DNA of 64,000 nt from Dendrobates tinctorius (Eukaryota). The translations under genes and the position numbers were made by a program. The notes below the pieces were generated by a model. It ran no database searches, was not told the DNA's origin, and saw only the letters and a program-made list of their open reading frames with translations. Each line of letters starts with the position of its first letter. Position 1 is the stretch's first letter. Location of the stretch: NCBI RefSeq assembly GCF_039654945.1, contig NW_027361739.1, forward strand, positions 2,232,001-2,296,000, written 5' to 3'. Shown one piece after another: positions 38,534 to 50,761 of the stretch.

Positions 38534-40139
38534 CAGTGGGGCAAAAAAGTATTTAGTCAGTCAGCAATAGTGCAAGTTCCACCACTTAAAAAGATGAGAG
38601 GCGTCTGTAATTTACATCATAGGTAGACCTCAACTATGGGAGACAAACTGAGAAAAAAAAATCCAGAAAATCACATTGTCTGTTTTTTTTTTCATTTTAT
38701 CTGCATATTATGGTGGAAAATAAGTATTTGGTCAGAAACAAACAATCAAGATTTCTGTCTCTCACAGACCTGCAACTTCTTCTTTAAGAGTCTCCTCTTT
38801 CCTCCACTCATTACCTGTAGTAATGGCACCTGTTTAAACTTGTTATCAGTATAAAAAGACACCTGTGCACACCCTCAAACAGTATGACTCCAAACTCCAC
38901 TATGGTGAAGACCAAAGAGCTGTCAAAGGACACCAGAAACAAAATTCGAGCCCTGCACCAGGCTGGGAAGACTGAATCTGCAATAGCCAACCAGCTTGGA
39001 GTGAAGAAATCAACTGTGGGAGCAATAATTAGAAAATGGAAGACATACAAGACCACTGATAATCTCCCTCGATCTGGTGCTCCACGCAAAATCCCACCCC
39101 GTGGGATCAGAATGATCACAAGAACGGTGAGCAAAAATCCCAGAACCATGCGGGGGGACCTAGTGAATGAACTGCAGAGAGCTGGGACCAATGTAACAAG
39201 GCCTACCATAAGTAACACACTACGCCACCATGGACTCAGATCCTGCAGTGCCAGACGTGTCCTACTGCTTAAGCCTGTACATGTCCGGGCCCGTCTGAAG
39301 TTTGCTAGAGAGCATTTGGATGATCCAGAGGAGTTTTGGGAGAATGTCCTATGGTCTGATGAAACCAAACTGGAACTGTTTGGTAGAAACACAACTTGTC
39401 GTGTTTGGAGGAAAAAGAATACTGAGTTGCATCCATCAAACACCATACCTACTGTAAAGCATGGTGGTGGAAACATCATGCTTTGGGGCTGTTTCTCTGC
39501 AAAGGGGCCAGGACGACTGATCCGGGTACATGAAAGAATGAATGGGGCCATGTATCGTGAGATTTTGAGGGCAAACCTCCTTCCATCAGCAAGGGCATTG
39601 AAGATGAAACGTGGCTGGGTCTTTCAACATGACAATGATCCAAAGCACACCGCCAGGGCAACGAAGGAGTGGCTTCGTAAGAAGCATTTCAAGGTCCTGG
39701 AGTGGCCTAGCCAGTCTCCAGATCTCAACCCTATAGAAAACCTTTGGAGGGAGTTGAAAGTCCGTGTTGCCAAGCGAAAAGCCAAAAACATCACTGCTCT
39801 AGAGGAGATCTGCATGGAGGAATGGGCCAACATACCATCAACAGTGTGTGGCAACCTTGTGAAGACTTACAGAAAACGTTTGACCTCTGTCATTGCCAAC
39901 AAAGGATATATCACAAAGTATTGAGATTAAATTTTGTTTCTGACCAAATACTTATTTTCCACCATAATATGCAAATAAAATGAAAAAAAAACAGACAATG
40001 TGATTTTCTGGATTTTTTTTTCTCAGTTTGTCTCCCATAGTTGAGGTCTACCTATGATGTAAATTACAGACGCCTCTCATCTTTTTAAGTGGTGGAACTT
40101 GCACTATTGCTGACTGACTAAATACTTTTTTCCCCACTG
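38534..40139 (+). mobile_element. Full-length Tc1 transposon (1606 bp, IR/DR type) with intact ORF
   Basis: Near-identical ~210-bp TIRs (38534-~38741 vs ~39932-40139) starting cagtgggg(c)aaaaaagtatttagtcag; TA TSD at 38532-33 and 40140-41. Confidence 0.98.
38902..39924 (+). CDS. Tc1 family DD34E transposase, 340 aa
   Basis: [10 protein letters not shown]...; paired-like HTH, GAPRK linker, [19 protein letters not shown]-(34)-NPIENLW; ends ITKY*; no stops or frameshifts. Confidence 0.96.
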   Translation: MVKTKELSKDTRNKIRALHQAGKTESAIANQLGVKKSTVGAIIRKWKTYKTTDNLPRSGAPRKIPPRGIRMITRTVSKNPRTMRGDLVNELQRAGTNVTRPTISNTLRHHGLRSCSARRVLLLKPVHVRARLKFAREHLDDPEEFWENVLWSDETKLELFGRNTTCRVWRKKNTELHPSNTIPTVKHGGGNIMLWGCFSAKGPGRLIRVHERMNGAMYREILRANLLPSARALKMKRGWVFQHDNDPKHTARATKEWLRKKHFKVLEWPSQSPDLNPIENLWRELKVRVAKRKAKNITALEEICMEEWANIPSTVCGNLVKTYRKRLTSVIANKGYITKY

Positions 40140-40141
40140 TA

Positions 40142-40154
40142 TATCTGTCTCAAT

Positions 40155-40216
<62 letters not shown>

Positions 40217-40590
40217 TATATATTCTATGTGTCTATATATTCTATATTCTATTCTTTCGTTTGTGTTATAAAACCTGTCAGTGTGAGTTTACTGTATAGC
40301 GCACTGAATTGCCGGCTTTTCTAAAGGACACTGGGTGCGTATTTCTCGCAAGTCACATGTGTGGTCCGTGTGTAATGCGTATTTTTTGCGCACCCATAGA
40401 CTTGCATTGGCGTACTACGGGCGCAGTACGCTGACAATCGCAGCATGCTGCGATTGGCACGGACCGTAGAATACAGACGAGAAATATACAGCTGATGGGA
40501 GCTGCCCCATAGAGAATCATTGGTCCGTGTGTAATGTGTGCTTTTAACGCCTCTCACTCGGCCGTATTCCTCTCTAGTGTGACCCCGGCC
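40142..40590. mobile_element. Right half of a non-autonomous Harbinger-type element containing (TA)n
   Basis: Ends ctagtgtgaccccggcc followed by tta, the same TIR type as 490-685; (TA)n at 40158-40223; no matching left end seen. Confidence 0.65.
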
Positions 40591-42429
40591 TTACAGAAAT
40601 ACAATGAACATTCTGCAGAGAGTAATAGTTATAAACAATGAGTCATGGAAGTTTTATAACTTTAGTTGTATTGTAAAGGCACTACTATATAACTGCTCAT
40701 ATAAGGCAGAAATACTATTGTCATCTGCATGGAAGACAATCAGATGAATAAGCAAGGCAGAAGTGGATAGGAAAGGACCTGAGAGTTGCTGGCATAGATT
40801 TGAGAGGTGATGATGTTCTCCTTCAAATGCACATGAAACCAGCGCCTGACCCCCTGTCTAAACAGAAGAGAATGCACTAGGCTGGTAATTTTTCAGGTAA
40901 CATGACATTTGTCCATAATGAACATGGGGGTCCCAGTAGTTGATCCTATGGATCTGTGAGAACTTCTAAAACCTGGGAATAACTCTTTAATCGGCGGTTT
41001 TGACATAGACATGCACCTACTATAACCCTTCATTCTGCGTAAGGAAATAGACTGCTCATTTATTTTCAAGATTTCTGAACATGGCGCCAAGAGCTCAAGC
41101 ATATATGTGCTGACCTAGCACCACTAAACCCAAAATGACAATTATTTCAAATGTTGCATCAACGCTCTTAAACCTCAATACGGCACTGGAAATCAATGCA
41201 ATTTACAGATCAATCACCTCCACTGGACGCTTACTCAGACATATGAACGTGGGCCGTAGGGTTGTCCGCTGTTACACTACGGCAGAGACCATATAGGTAG
41301 TTATTCAGACGGTGTGACCGAGGCGAGACTCATACCACCTAACACAAGGGTTTTCGACGTAGTTGCAATTTTTACAGCTGAAAACACATTTGATTTACAT
41401 ATTTGCACTGCAAAAATGCCATCCGAGCTGAAATTTGTGCCTAAATCGTATGCATTTTTCCGGGTCCGGTGTAACTGTACCTTAACCGCACTGTCTAGAT
41501 AAACACTTACAGAGCAAATAATTTCAAGCTCAAAAAGGAGGCAGTAGACAGATTTTCTCCAGACGGGTTACCAAAGATACAAAGACTAGTGAATCAGCAA
41601 AATTCAAGGGGACACCCAGACTGTGCAGAGTCTGTGCTATTGTGCATGCAGAGGTAAAAGTCATTCTCAGACCATGATGGTAGACACCTTACCGGTTCCC
41701 CAGAGGGAACAAATCACTAAGCGAAACAAGACATCCTATTCCCTATCCCTGATAAAAATTCTTCATACACATTGATATCAATATCCGTAAGGGAAGGATC
41801 ATGGTGTACCAAAAACAACAAGCGGGCACATCAGCTAATGGTGAATTCCTACGGGATGACCGGAATCAGGTATGGAATGCCATTCAACCCACAGACAATG
41901 AAGTCCATATTCCGGAGGGCAACGATAACATGCTGCATCGATCCTTCTTACGTATATGGTAATTTCATGGCTGCACCATCATCATTTCTAAATTGGAAAG
42001 CTCCCGGAGGTCGACAGGTAAAGTACAATTTGACATACACCTGAAATCCATTCATACATGCAGGACACATACAGGAAAAGTAGGTTCTCACCTCAGTGCA
42101 GAGTGATGGGAGCACTGCACCATTCTGCTGGGTTCATGAAGGACAACGGAGGAGGAGAAAGACAGAGCAGCACATTTGGTGCCAGCCTCATACTGCAGTG
42201 TGTGCACAGAAGCAGATGCACAGGTAGCTACGCACCAGCCTTACAGCTGCAGACAGTGTGCCTCCTCCACAGGAGGGTGGAGGGGACAGGAGGAGGTGTA
42301 CATACTTTCAGTTATCCATTAACCCGTCAGTTTCAGCATCCTCTCTGCAGCTGGGGCTCCTTAAAATGCTACAGGGACCCAAGTAATTTAAGACGTGCCC
42401 AATTATCGCTCTCTGTAAACAAATATTTT

Positions 42430-42900
42430 CGTCGAGCAATATGAGTTTATGCCAGCATAAAAACAAATTATTATCTGCGGCATATCACCTCGATAACGAA
42501 CACAGAGACCAGTAAGCGAGCAGTGATCGACATGTATACAGCCGATTGGTGCTCAATAACGGGCCACGATTGGCACGTCAATAATCGATTGGGCCAAGAT
42601 GGGTAGGTCTCAATGCACCATTCCTCATGGTGATTGTACTTAATTTCTAGCATGTGGTTCTGTGTTATGTATTGTTAGACATAGGTTACATGCAGTAACC
42701 CCCGCTAGCCATGGCGAAGAACCGAACATATTTCTAGGTTCGAAACGCGTATTTTTTTTTGCAGGATGTCCGGTTTTAACTCTGTGTTTTTCGTATCTTT
42801 TTAATGGATTACTAAAAGGTCTTTTTTTTAGTTTTGAAATTTGGCGATTGAGTACTGGAGAAGATTATCGTTTTTTTTTCCTCATGGCCCTGGAAATAAG
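42430..42900 (+). mobile_element. Penelope-like LTR fragment with degenerate hammerhead motif
   Basis: catggcgaaGAACC-gaacatatttcta-GGTTCgaaacgcgta at 42710-42751 (stem II, GAAAC and palindromic ACGCGT), preceded by three ATTGG (CCAAT) boxes. Confidence 0.55.
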
Positions 42901-43083
42901 CCCGTTTTAAAAAAGTTATAAAGAAGAATCTAAGAAGCATCGTTGTCACAAGCTCCCTGTTCTCTTCAACAGTTAGAGGAACCTATCCATGCAACCAGAA
43001 AAAAACCTGTCTATTTTTCATGACCACGGACAAGATAAAAATCCCCAATTCACATCAGGACTACAAGATCCCAGGTACGTTTA

Positions 43084-43625
43084 GGCCCGTTTCACACATC
43101 CGTTTGTCACCATCAGTCAAAATCCGCCGATTTGCAAAAAGAAACGGATCTACCATTTATCTTGGCGGATCCGTTTTTTTCCCCATTGACTTTCATTATT
43201 GGCGGATTTTGACTGAGGATCGTCCATTGCATCCATATTTCTGCGGATCCGCCAAAATTTTGGCGTCCGCTGAGATCACCGAACGGACCATGCAAAGTTT
43301 TTTTGTTGTCCGGATCCGTATTTTCCTCTTTTGCTACATGTTTAACCCTAAATCCAATCTGGCTGCAGGGTAAAAAAAAATATCTCTCTCTCTCCTCCAC
43401 TCACCATGACATCGCCTGAGATCTTGCCTCCTCTGTCCGCTACCGCTACATCGCCGGTAGTCATTTTTTCTTTTCAGCCGCGGTTCCTTTAAAATTCCGA
43501 AATCGGCGGATCCTGACGCACCAACGGTCCGGTGGCTCCCGATGGTGTTTCATCGCCAACGGATCCGTTATCCGCCATTTTAGCGGCTGCCAACACACAG
43601 GAAAAACGTAAGTGTGAAACAGGCC
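43084..43625. mobile_element. Harbinger-type MITE
   Basis: Ends ggcccgtttcacac / gtgtgaaacaggcc; TTA TSD; splits the PLE endonuclease (GTF|SCITS). Confidence 0.88.
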
Positions 43626-43977
43626 TTAGCTGCATCACATCTAATGTGGTGTCCTTAATTATAGGTACCAAATGTCCAACTAGGGGTCTGTATGAAGGCG
43701 AGACAGGGCAAAAACTTAAAGCAAGGATGAATTCTCATCGTCACACAAGAAAAGAAAAAAAGATTAGATCTACCCATGGCAAAACATTTTTGTATCCCTG
43801 ATCACAGCACCATGGACATGAAAATACTTGTATTAAAAGGTAACTTCAAATCTCAGAGACAGAAAAATTTGAGCGTACAAACTCATGACAACCTTTGACA
43901 CATTCAGAGCAGGAATGAATGTCACATGGATTTATGTCTTTTTACATCAACTAAAAAATGTGCTCCTCAGACCTTTT

Positions 43978-45460
43978 AATAATAATAATAATAATAATAA
44001 ATTTTATTTTTATAGCGCCGACATATTCCGCAGCACTTTACATTTCAGAGGGGATTTGTACAGACAATAGACATTACAGCATAACAATAATCACATACAG
44101 TAGATTATAACAAATACCAAGAGGAGTGAGGGCCCTGCTCGCAAGCTTACAGTCTATGAGGAAAGAGGTAGACACGAAAGGTGGGTGGTAACAGTTGCCC
44201 TGATTGTATGGACCAGCCATAATGTTAAGTGTGTAACAGTACAGACACAGAGTGCTAATGGATGCATAAAGCATGTGGGAGAATGATGCGGGGAACCTGG
44301 TTATGGTAAAACTTTTGACTCTGCCACACAGGGATAGGTTAGGTTAATGTGTTGAGGCGATAGGCCAGTCTGAATAAATGCGTTTTCAGGACACGCTTAA
44401 AATTGTGGGGATTGGGGACTAATCGTATTGACCTGGGAAGTGCATTCCAAAGAATTGGCGCAGCACGTGTAAAGTCTTGGAGACGGGAGTGGGAGGTTCT
44501 GACTATTGAGGATACTAACCTCAGGTCATCAGCAGAACGGAAGGCGCGGGTAGGGTGGTATCCTGAAACAAGGGAGGAGATGTAGGGTGGTGCTGAGCCA
44601 TGGAGGGCTTTGTGGGTGAGGGTAATAAGTTTATACTGAATTCTGGAGTGGATGGGTAGCCAGTGTAATGACTGGCACAAGGTAGAGGCATCGGTGTAAC
44701 GATTGGTGAGGAATATGATCCTGGCTGCAGCATTCAAGACAGATTGGAGAGGGGAGAGTTTGGTAAGAGGGAGACCGATAAGAAGAGAGTTACAATAGTC
44801 GAGACGAGAATGAATAAGAGAAACAGTAAGAGTTTTTGCAGAGTCAAAAGTAAGAAAAGGTCGAATTCTAGAGATGTTTTTGAGGTGCAGATGACAAGAG
44901 CGAGCCAGTGATCGAATGTGGGGGGCAAAGGAAAGCTCGGAATCAAGTATGACCCCAAGACAGCGGGCATGTTGCTGGGGAGTAATAGTGGAACCACACA
45001 CGGAAATGGCAATGTCGGGTGTAGGTACATTAGTAGCGGGAGGAAACACAAGGAGTTCAGTCTTTGACAGGTTCAGTTTCAGATATAGTGAGGACATGAT
45101 ATTAGACACAGCGTTTATAGACAATCGCCAGTGTTTTCTAGAAAGGCTGGCGTGATGTCAGAAGAAGAAGCGTATAATTGGGTGTCATCAGCATAGAGAT
45201 GGTACTGGAAACCAAATCTACTGATTGTTTGACCAATAGGGGCAGTGTACAAGGAGAAGAGGAGGAGGCCTAGAACCGATCCTTGAGGAACCCCAACAGT
45301 AAGGGGAAGGTGAGAGGAGGAGGAACCGGCAAAAGAAACAGTAAAGGAGCGGTCGGAGAGATAGGAGGAGAACCAGGAGAGAACGGTGTCCTTGAGGCCA
45401 ATGGAATGGAGCATAGTGAGGAGGAGCTGATGATCCACAGTGTCGAATGCTGCAGAGAGA
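43978..45460 (-). mobile_element. L2-clade LINE, 5'-truncated, one frameshift near 45115
   Basis: RT motifs GVPQGSVLG and YADDTQLY; (TTA)n tail at 43978-44000; short TTTT duplication at the junctions; sister of 16480-18297. Confidence 0.93.
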
Positions 45461-46944
45461 TTTTGGGGGCATCACAACCATGGACCAGACCTCAATCACA
45501 GGACAATAAAACTTTCACACTCCAAATCTATGAACTGCTCCAATATTAACTGCCATGACTTTCTCTCCCCTTCACTCATCCTCAATGATCGTTCTGCTTC
45601 CTGTCACTTGTCTTATCTATGGCATTATTCCTGTGCTGTCTTGTCTATAAACATGTGATTCTTCAGATTTTGTGTTAGTCTAGCCTGATGAAGAGACCCG
45701 AGGAGTCTTGTGAGCTTGCAATTTCTTACCATCTTTTCAATTAGCCATTAAAAAGGTATCAACCAATGATCATTTTTTCTACCACTAAAAAGGTATTAAC
45801 TCAATTTTTTATATTTTTCAGTAATATGATAGTAATGTGCATGTAAAACATTATTTAATTGGCAGCACATCCATTTACACAGGACGATGTGCTGCCAATA
45901 TCAACAATTTTTAATCAAGCTCAAAAATTTTCGCAATGACAAATATATATTTTGCTTGTTAAAGGAGTGTTTTCCACCTTCTTTAGAAAGGTCCACTGTT
46001 GCAATCAAGTATTCTTATGAATGCTCGTTTCCTTATTATTGGCCTGTTTAATGGACTCTAGAGGCCTCATACATATTTGACCACTGGTGTCTGAACCTGT
46101 TGATTTCTACAGGTTCAGCCAGCAGTCTAATGTGCATGGGGACGCTTGACAAATGATGTTGGGGTGGATAAGGATCCAGAATGTCGATTTTGGATTGACA
46201 ATCCTTTTGCTCGTCAATAAATAAGTTGCCTTCAGAAATTTCATAGAAAACACAGGAGCGCTCAGCAGAGTGAGTGCACCTATGATTGGAACAGTCGGGT
46301 GAGATACTTGCCAGCTGAACCATCGCTAGGCTGACCGCTATCTGACGTTAATGGGGGCTATGGTTTTTATAGTTAGGAAAAACTACAAACGGTCCGTTTA
46401 CATGGATAATAACAATGAGGGTTGTCGCTTCTGATCAGTCGTCAAAGAATGAGCATTAATCGCAGCCAACAATTTGCAATCTGTATGGAAAACTAAGGAT
46501 CATATGAACGGTATAGTCACCTTTCAACAAACTTTTGTCAATTGGCTTTGTTATGTGTAAGAAAAAAACAAACTGAGTTTAAAATACCCTGTCAGGGCCC
46601 AGCACTGCCTCTCTGCTGCCCCCGGTCTCTGTGCTCTGTTGGTCTGTCGTCGATGTAGCCAGCACAAGATGGTGAGCTGACTAACTGGCTGCATCACTGT
46701 TGATGTGACATCACCGATGCAGTCAAACAGAAGCCGGGGCTGTGGCAAAGACGAAGTGCTGGACCCGGGGAGGGTATATAAAGCTCAGTTTGTTATTTTT
46801 ACACATAACTGATCCTATAGGCAAAAGTTTGTTGAGAGGAACAGCCACTTTAATGATTGATTGTCCATGTAAAGGGGATTTTAAATAAGCGCTGCTTAAC
46901 TGGTGGATCATTTTGGACAGAAAAAGGACCTTACGATTTAGAGC

Positions 46945-48406
46945 ACACACATCAAACTCTGGTCCGCGGGATAAATCTGGCCCACAGAGTGAGTATTTAG
47001 CCCATGACACCAGTAGCATTAACCCCCCACCCCACCCCACCCCCGGCATCTCACATTCAACAGTATTGCCTTCCTGGATGCCGATACCGTTAAAAGTAAA
47101 GAAGACAGAAGGAGCCATCAGCTGACCTTACCTCTCCCATCATTCCGCCTCTTTATCTGATGTCTGAGCGCAGCGGGCGCGATGACGTCACTACAATGCG
47201 CCCACTGTGCTTATGCTAAGCAGTGCACAGGTTCAGAGGGTTCGTTGCAGAGACCAAAGCAGCAGGTGACCAGGGAGAGTATTTATTTATTTTATGTATG
47301 GCCATTATACTGTATGGAGGACTATATGGGCCCATTATACTGTCTGGAGGATTATGTGGGCCATTATACTGTATGGAGGGCTATTACACTCCATGGAAGG
47401 CAATACAGGGCCTAACATACTGTAAGGAGGACTATGTGGGGCCATTATATTATTATTTATTGGAAGGCATTGCCAGGCCTATTACAGTGTATGGAGGACT
47501 ATGTAGGGTCAGTACATTGTATGGACGACTATGTGGGCCCACTGTACTGTATGGATGGCAATGCAGAGCCCATTATAATGTATGGAGGTTTATATGGGGC
47601 CATTATACTTTATGAAAGGCAATGCAGGGCCCATTATACTGTATGGAGGACTAAGTTGGGCCCATTATAATGTATTAAACGCAATGGGGGCCCATTATAC
47701 TGTATGGATGGCAATGCAGGGCCCTACATACAGTATAATGGGCCCTGCGCATTGCTATCCATAAGGTATATGGGGCCATTATACTGTATGGAAGGCAATG
47801 CAGGGCCCATTATACTGTATGGAGCACTATGTGGTGCCATAATACTGCATGGAAGGCAATGCAGGGCCCATTACACTGAATAGAAGAACATGTGGGGCCA
47901 TTTTATTGCATGTAGGACAATGTGGGGTCATTATACTGTATGGAGGCGTATGTGAGCCCCATCATACCGTACGGAGAACTGTGTCCACACACTTAGGGAA
48001 TCATACTATGATGGGGTCAACATACTTTGCCGAGGTGGTTTAATGGGGCGGTGCACAGTATGGTCTTCACACCATGTATACAGAGGGTACTGTGGAGGAA
48101 TTCAATGTAGGGGTATATTATTGTGTTTGATGGGCACTTTTGTTGGCATCATACTTCATTATCTATATTATTCAAGATTTTAATCTTTTGTTATTACATA
48201 TTAAAAGCAGGCCACTGGGTCATACGCTTTTACAGCTCTTACATAACATATTATTCCAGTATGCCCCCAATTTGTGATTATGTGTTTATTTTATGCTAAG
48301 ATCTATTAATTAAAATGTATTTTGATCTTGGGACAACGCCTTTAAGTTTGTTTCCATATGAAAAAGTTAATTGTTTTATTTGATAAGGAAAAACGTCCTC
48401 AATTGT

Positions 48407-48441
<35 letters not shown>

Positions 48442-48516
48442 ATATCAAGGTTGGTCTGCCACTTTATACAACTTTTTAATTTTGGCCCTCTGTGTATTTC
48501 AGTTTGACATCATTGG
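46945..48516. mobile_element. Non-autonomous hAT-like element with an internal minisatellite
   Basis: Ends catcaaactctggtccgcgggataaatctggccc / tttggccctc...agtttgacatcattg; degenerate. Confidence 0.55.
47295..48000. repeat. ~31-32-bp minisatellite
   Basis: Units gggcccattatactgtatggaggactatgtg and gggcccattatactgtatggaaggcaatgca. Confidence 0.92.
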
Positions 48517-49953
48517 TTCAGATCATAAATGTGTTAAAATAAAAGAAGCATAAAAGTTAAAGTTCTAATAAGGCACTCAGCCTTTAGTGATTTTAGGAGC
48601 CCCACAGATTTTGCTACAAATCTGCAGATTTTACCGTGGGTTTAACTCTTCATATTTATTGGAGATCAACGCGGAAATTACAAGTACATTACAAGGAACG
48701 AGTAGACCAGGCTCATCAAAAGTGACGTAAACCTGATGAAACGGAAGACTGAACAGAGCCCGAGCTTGGCGGTGAGCTGCTCCATATGCGGAATGCATTT
48801 GCACCATTAAATTGTTATATGTTCAGCAGACAGATCTGAAATGCTTAAATCAGGGATACAGAAACATCACAACGAAACCTCCTCTGTCATGTGCCACCTA
48901 CGCATTGGGCATAACATGGTACAGTGTTGGCTGGACCGTTAAAAACAACTTGGTCAAATTCTGAATTTCTGTTAAAAATAAAATCTCAACTCTCAGGGGA
49001 GGTATGGGCTTCAGTCTTGAGGACTCCGGTAGGACTTGCTGGAGAGCCGTAAGCTCCCTGATCAATCCTACAGCCATTGTTGGCCGAGACAGTGATTCTG
49101 TACCATCACAATCCTGAGAGATGAAGCAGGCGAAGTCTTAACTTCTAGTATACTCTGTCCTGATTGTAGGAGTTTGTGCCAATTTAGATTCAACTGATCT
49201 CACAAAGGACATGTCGAGCCAGAGACATCGCTTCCAGCCAAGATGTATAAAAATTATCCCAACCGGCTGCTCACTACTGCTGGAAGCCGGATGAGCCTCG
49301 AAGAATGGATGGCCAGATGCCATCAGTAGCAAACTCACAGGATTGTTCAAAGCCAAGTCATCAATAACAGAGTCTTGTGTAAAGTGAGGTCATCTTCTAA
49401 GCTCCGATTTCTTTTAAGATCTCAGCTGAGAAGCCTCTTAAAAAAAAAAAAAAAAAAAACGTTCCCTTCCTAATCCCCATTTTACTAAGAGAAAACAAGC
49501 TCGATGACACAAAATCAATTTTGACAATTCTATGATGTAATCTTCCCGGGCTTCAGTAACGCACATGCTCTGACTTGTCTGTATACACAGGGAACATGTA
49601 CAAGATTAGCACAATTTAAAGGGCACCATCATCTAAATAATACAAATCACTGACAAGTCACAAGTTTATTTATCGGCAGCGACCGAGTAGCTGAGACCGC
49701 CATTGATTTCTACAAAGAAGGGATTCAGAAGCAAGGAGGATCTGTGGAGATTGGAGCTTTGGGATTCTTCGAGCTAGAGTCTTAGTAAATTGCAGATACT
49801 GTATAAGTAAACCATAGTGTTAAGGGGGAAAGGAATTACATGATTGTTCAACTGATGGCAATGCCCCCCAATACTCCCCTATAAACATGCACAGACATCA
49901 ACATCTCTTACAGTTCAACTAAAGTGATAATCAGCCGCTAGACACATTACATA

Positions 49954-50106
49954 CAGCTGAAACCAGACGTTTACATACACTATATAAAAAGACACATGCA
50001 TGTTTTTCTCAATCTCTGACATGAAATCAGAATAAACCTTTCCTGTTTAGGTAAATTAGGATTACCATGTTTATTAATAATGCCAGAATAATGAGAGAGA
50101 GAATGT
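49954..50106 (+). mobile_element. Truncated left IR of a Sleeping Beauty/Tdr1-like Tc1
   Basis: TA + cagctgaaaccagacgtttacatacact resembles the SB outer direct repeat (cagttgaagtcggaagtttacatacact). Confidence 0.7.
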
Positions 50107-50360
50107 CTCAAACAGTCGGGAGACATGGAGCCATAGCGACACGAGCATGTCTAAAATAATCGATTAGGACACGAGTGTGCTCAGATAACACTTTATCCAA
50201 GCACGCTCGCTCACTAGTTGTGAACATTTGCCTATTATATATATGCTATATATTCTATTTCTTGAGCGGTATAAAAAAAAAGTGCTGCCATATTGTTATG
50301 TTATGCTAGTTGATTGAACCATTCTTTCCCAGTATAAATTCACTGTCTTCTTGAGCTTAA

Positions 50361-50761
50361 AGAGAACCTGTCAGCAGGTTTTTGCTATGTAATTTGAAAG
50401 CACCATAATGTAGGAGTAGAGACACTGATTACAGTGATGTGTCACTTACTGGGCAGTGTTTTGCGGCTTCAATACAATCAGTGTTATATCAGAGGGAGAT
50501 TATAACTGAAGGACAGCTGGACTTGTGCCTCCTAGTCCAAACGTTCCCCCACTTCTCCCACCTCTACTGATTAGCAGCTCTCTGTTACTATACAATGTAC
50601 ATAAAAAGCGGTAGTGTGCGTGAAGTTACACACAGCTCAACAACTGAGCTCTGATAGGTCTGCAGCAGAGAAAACTGACCATCTCCACTACTGCACCCAG
50701 TAAACTAAGTGATATATCACAGGAATCGGGGTCTCTGTCCCTAACTCATGACAAATTCCCT
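50361..50761. mobile_element. Kolobok/T2-type MITE
   Basis: ttaa+agagaacctgtcagcaggtttttgctatg...; same family as 34937-35317. Confidence 0.72.

Larger units (their letters stand above)
42930..45790 (+). mobile_element. Penelope-like (Neptune-type) retroelement 3' part, interrupted by a MITE and an L2
   Basis: Cys-rich linker remnant GTYPCNQKK and GIY-YIG endonuclease FSCITSNVVSLII.TKCPT.GLYEGETGQKL..RMNSHRHT...MTTFDTF.AGMN. The pLTR resumes at 45461 with a CTGATGA motif at 45685. Confidence 0.85.

Noticed and set aside
38811-39551. 246-aa antisense ORF
   Set aside because: Shadow of the Tc1 transposase on the opposite strand; common in Tc1 elements.
41686-42045. Possible minus-strand exon ending at CCG|gtaag (~41692), and the plus-strand 90-aa ORF
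   Set aside because: Stop codon upstream in the compatible frame, no start codon, and no recognisable protein.
48733-48775. CTGATGA motif as a hammerhead or snoRNA box
   Set aside because: No stem II followed by GAAA, and no matching C/D terminal stem.
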